Below are positions 62,522 to 64,000 of a stretch of 64,000 bases of DNA, in pieces. The stretch covers positions 173,409 through 237,408 of the forward strand of contig CAVTRR010000005.1 of assembly GCA_963737085.1 (NCBI GenBank). The letters are read 5' to 3'. Origin of the DNA: an uncultured delta proteobacterium (GTDB lineage Bacteria; Myxococcota; Myxococcia; Myxococcales; Anaeromyxobacteraceae). The first letter of the stretch is position 1, and the number at the start of each line of letters is the position of its first letter. The translations under genes were made by a program, and so were the position numbers. The notes under the pieces were generated by a model. The model saw only the letters and a list, made by a program, of their open reading frames with translations. It was not told where the DNA came from and did no database searches.

Positions 62522-64000
62522 TTGAAGACACGCCGAGCCCTGCTTCTCGCTTCGCTCACGCTCGCTCCCCTCGCCGCCTCCGCGGCGGAAGTCTGGGTGG
62601 CCGGCGCCACGGAGAAGATCAGGCCCGACGCGCAGCCCCGGGCCAGCACGGAGGCGAGCCTCACGGCCGCCCGTAACGAGTTCGAGGCGTTCCAGGTCGT
62701 GGTCCGCGGGCCCGCCACGCGCGTCGCCGTCGAGGCGGCGCCGCTCGTCTCGCCGGCGGGCGCCATCGAGGACGTGAAGCTGTTCCGGGAGGAGCTCATC
62801 GACGTGCGCCAGCCGTCCGCGGCGGACGGCGGCACCGGCCGCTGGCCGGACGCGCTCGTCCCGGCCGTCGACGACGTCGTCGGCGAGGCGCGCAACGCGT
62901 TCCCCTTCGACGTGCCCGCCGGCGAGAGCCGCGCCGTGTGGGTCGAGTACCGCGTGCCCGCGGAGGCGGGGAGCACCGTGTACCGCGGCCAGGTGAAGGT
63001 CACGAGCGCCGAGGGCGAGGCGGTCGTGCCGGTGACGCTCTCGGTCTGGGACTTCGCCCTGCCCTCGACGTCCTCCCTCAAGACCCACTTCGGCCTCGCC
63101 TACGGGCTCGTCGCCCGCGGGCACGGCGTGTCCGGCGACGCCGACGCGACGCTGCGCGCGCAGTACGCGCAGCTCGGCCTCGACCACCGCATCTCGCTCT
63201 CCGGCGTCGCCGACGACGGCAACCACCGCGACCTGGGGCACTTCGACCGCTTCTACGGGCCGCTCGTCGCGGGCACGGCGCCGACGCGCCTGCCCGGCGC
63301 GCGCCTCACCACGGTGAAGTTCATCGGCAACACCTCGTCGGTGGACGAGCACCGCAGCTGGGCGCAGCACGCGAAGGCCCAGGGCTGGATGGACCGCCTC
63401 TTCCAGTACACCTGCGACGAGCCGCCCCTCACCTGCGCCTGGAGCGACATCGCGGGGCGCACCGCCGCCGCGCGCGGCGCGGACCCCGAGTTCCGCACGC
63501 TCGTGACGACGCAGGTGTGGGACGCGGAGGCGCACGGCGTCGCCGGCGACATCGACGTGATGGTGCCGGTGGTGAACTTCATGGACGACAAGCCGGGCGC
63601 CGCGAACGCGGGCGACCAGCGCGCGCGCTACGACGGCTTCCTCGGGCAGCCGCGCAAGGAGCTCTGGATGTACCAGAGCTGCATGAGCCACGGCTGCGGC
63701 GGCACGGTGAACATGGGCTCGCCGTCCGAGTCCGACCGCTACTTCACCGGCTGGCCGTCGTACATGATCGACGCCTCGGCGGTGCGGAACCGCGCCATGG
63801 AGTGGATCTCCTTCCTCGAGGGCGCGACGGGCGAGCTGTACTGGGAGTCGGCGTTCGCCTTCGCCCGCGGCACGGGGGCGTGGACGAACCAGTGGGACTT
63901 CTCCGGCAACGGCGACGGGACGCTGTTCTACCCGGGCACCCCGGCGCGCATCGGCGGCAAGAGCCACATCCCGGTCGCGTCCATCCGCCTCAAGATGATC
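62522..64000 (+). CDS. Secreted DUF4091/GH123-like glycoside hydrolase (runs off the window end)
   Basis: Own translation: GGAAGGAG SD, TTG start, signal MKTRRALLLASLTLAPLAASA, AARNEFEAFQVV, VWDFALP, YTCDEPP, GELYW, GDGTLFYPG, SIRLKMI; no stop before 64000. Confidence 0.8.
   Translation, partial: MKTRRALLLASLTLAPLAASAAEVWVAGATEKIRPDAQPRASTEASLTAARNEFEAFQVVVRGPATRVAVEAAPLVSPAGAIEDVKLFREELIDVRQPSAADGGTGRWPDALVPAVDDVVGEARNAFPFDVPAGESRAVWVEYRVPAEAGSTVYRGQVKVTSAEGEAVVPVTLSVWDFALPSTSSLKTHFGLAYGLVARGHGVSGDADATLRAQYAQLGLDHRISLSGVADDGNHRDLGHFDRFYGPLVAGTAPTRLPGARLTTVKFIGNTSSVDEHRSWAQHAKAQGWMDRLFQYTCDEPPLTCAWSDIAGRTAAARGADPEFRTLVTTQVWDAEAHGVAGDIDVMVPVVNFMDDKPGAANAGDQRARYDGFLGQPRKELWMYQSCMSHGCGGTVNMGSPSESDRYFTGWPSYMIDASAVRNRAMEWISFLEGATGELYWESAFAFARGTGAWTNQWDFSGNGDGTLFYPGTPARIGGKSHIPVASIRLKMI

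Overview
Very GC-rich bacterial DNA. Codon style and gene content suggest an Anaeromyxobacter-like member of Myxococcota (inference only). No rRNA, tRNA, CRISPR array or mobile element was recognised. Layout: (1) 0.5-23 kb, a mixed-orientation Wzx/Wzy-type surface polysaccharide locus (PglF-like, PglE-like, nucleotide-sugar dehydrogenase, Wzc, PglC-like, Wzx, Wzy, GT4), with an Ig-repeat lipoprotein and an adenylation enzyme/ACP/AsnB/NadE/GNAT tailoring module of unknown chemistry; (2) a TetR-EmrB-EmrA efflux unit; (3) 27-37 kb, a respiratory nitrate reductase operon (cytochrome c-narG-narH-narJ-narI::narK fusion-narK); (4) directly upstream on the same strand, a red-type Calvin-cycle operon cbbL-cbbS-cbbX-cbbF-cbbP-cbbA with divergent cbbR; (5) a frameshifted orphan DsrP/NrfD-like gene, a CHASE hybrid kinase, a Tat aldo-keto reductase, three-gene transhydrogenase, CBS protein, TreS and a TldD-like protein; (6) a second polysaccharide module (dehydrogenase paralogue, heparinase II/III-like) and a truncated GH123/DUF4091-like gene. 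Top leads: the RuBisCO/PRK operon joined to the nar operon in a putative myxobacterium, the NarI-NarK fusion, and the ACP-dependent amidation module.
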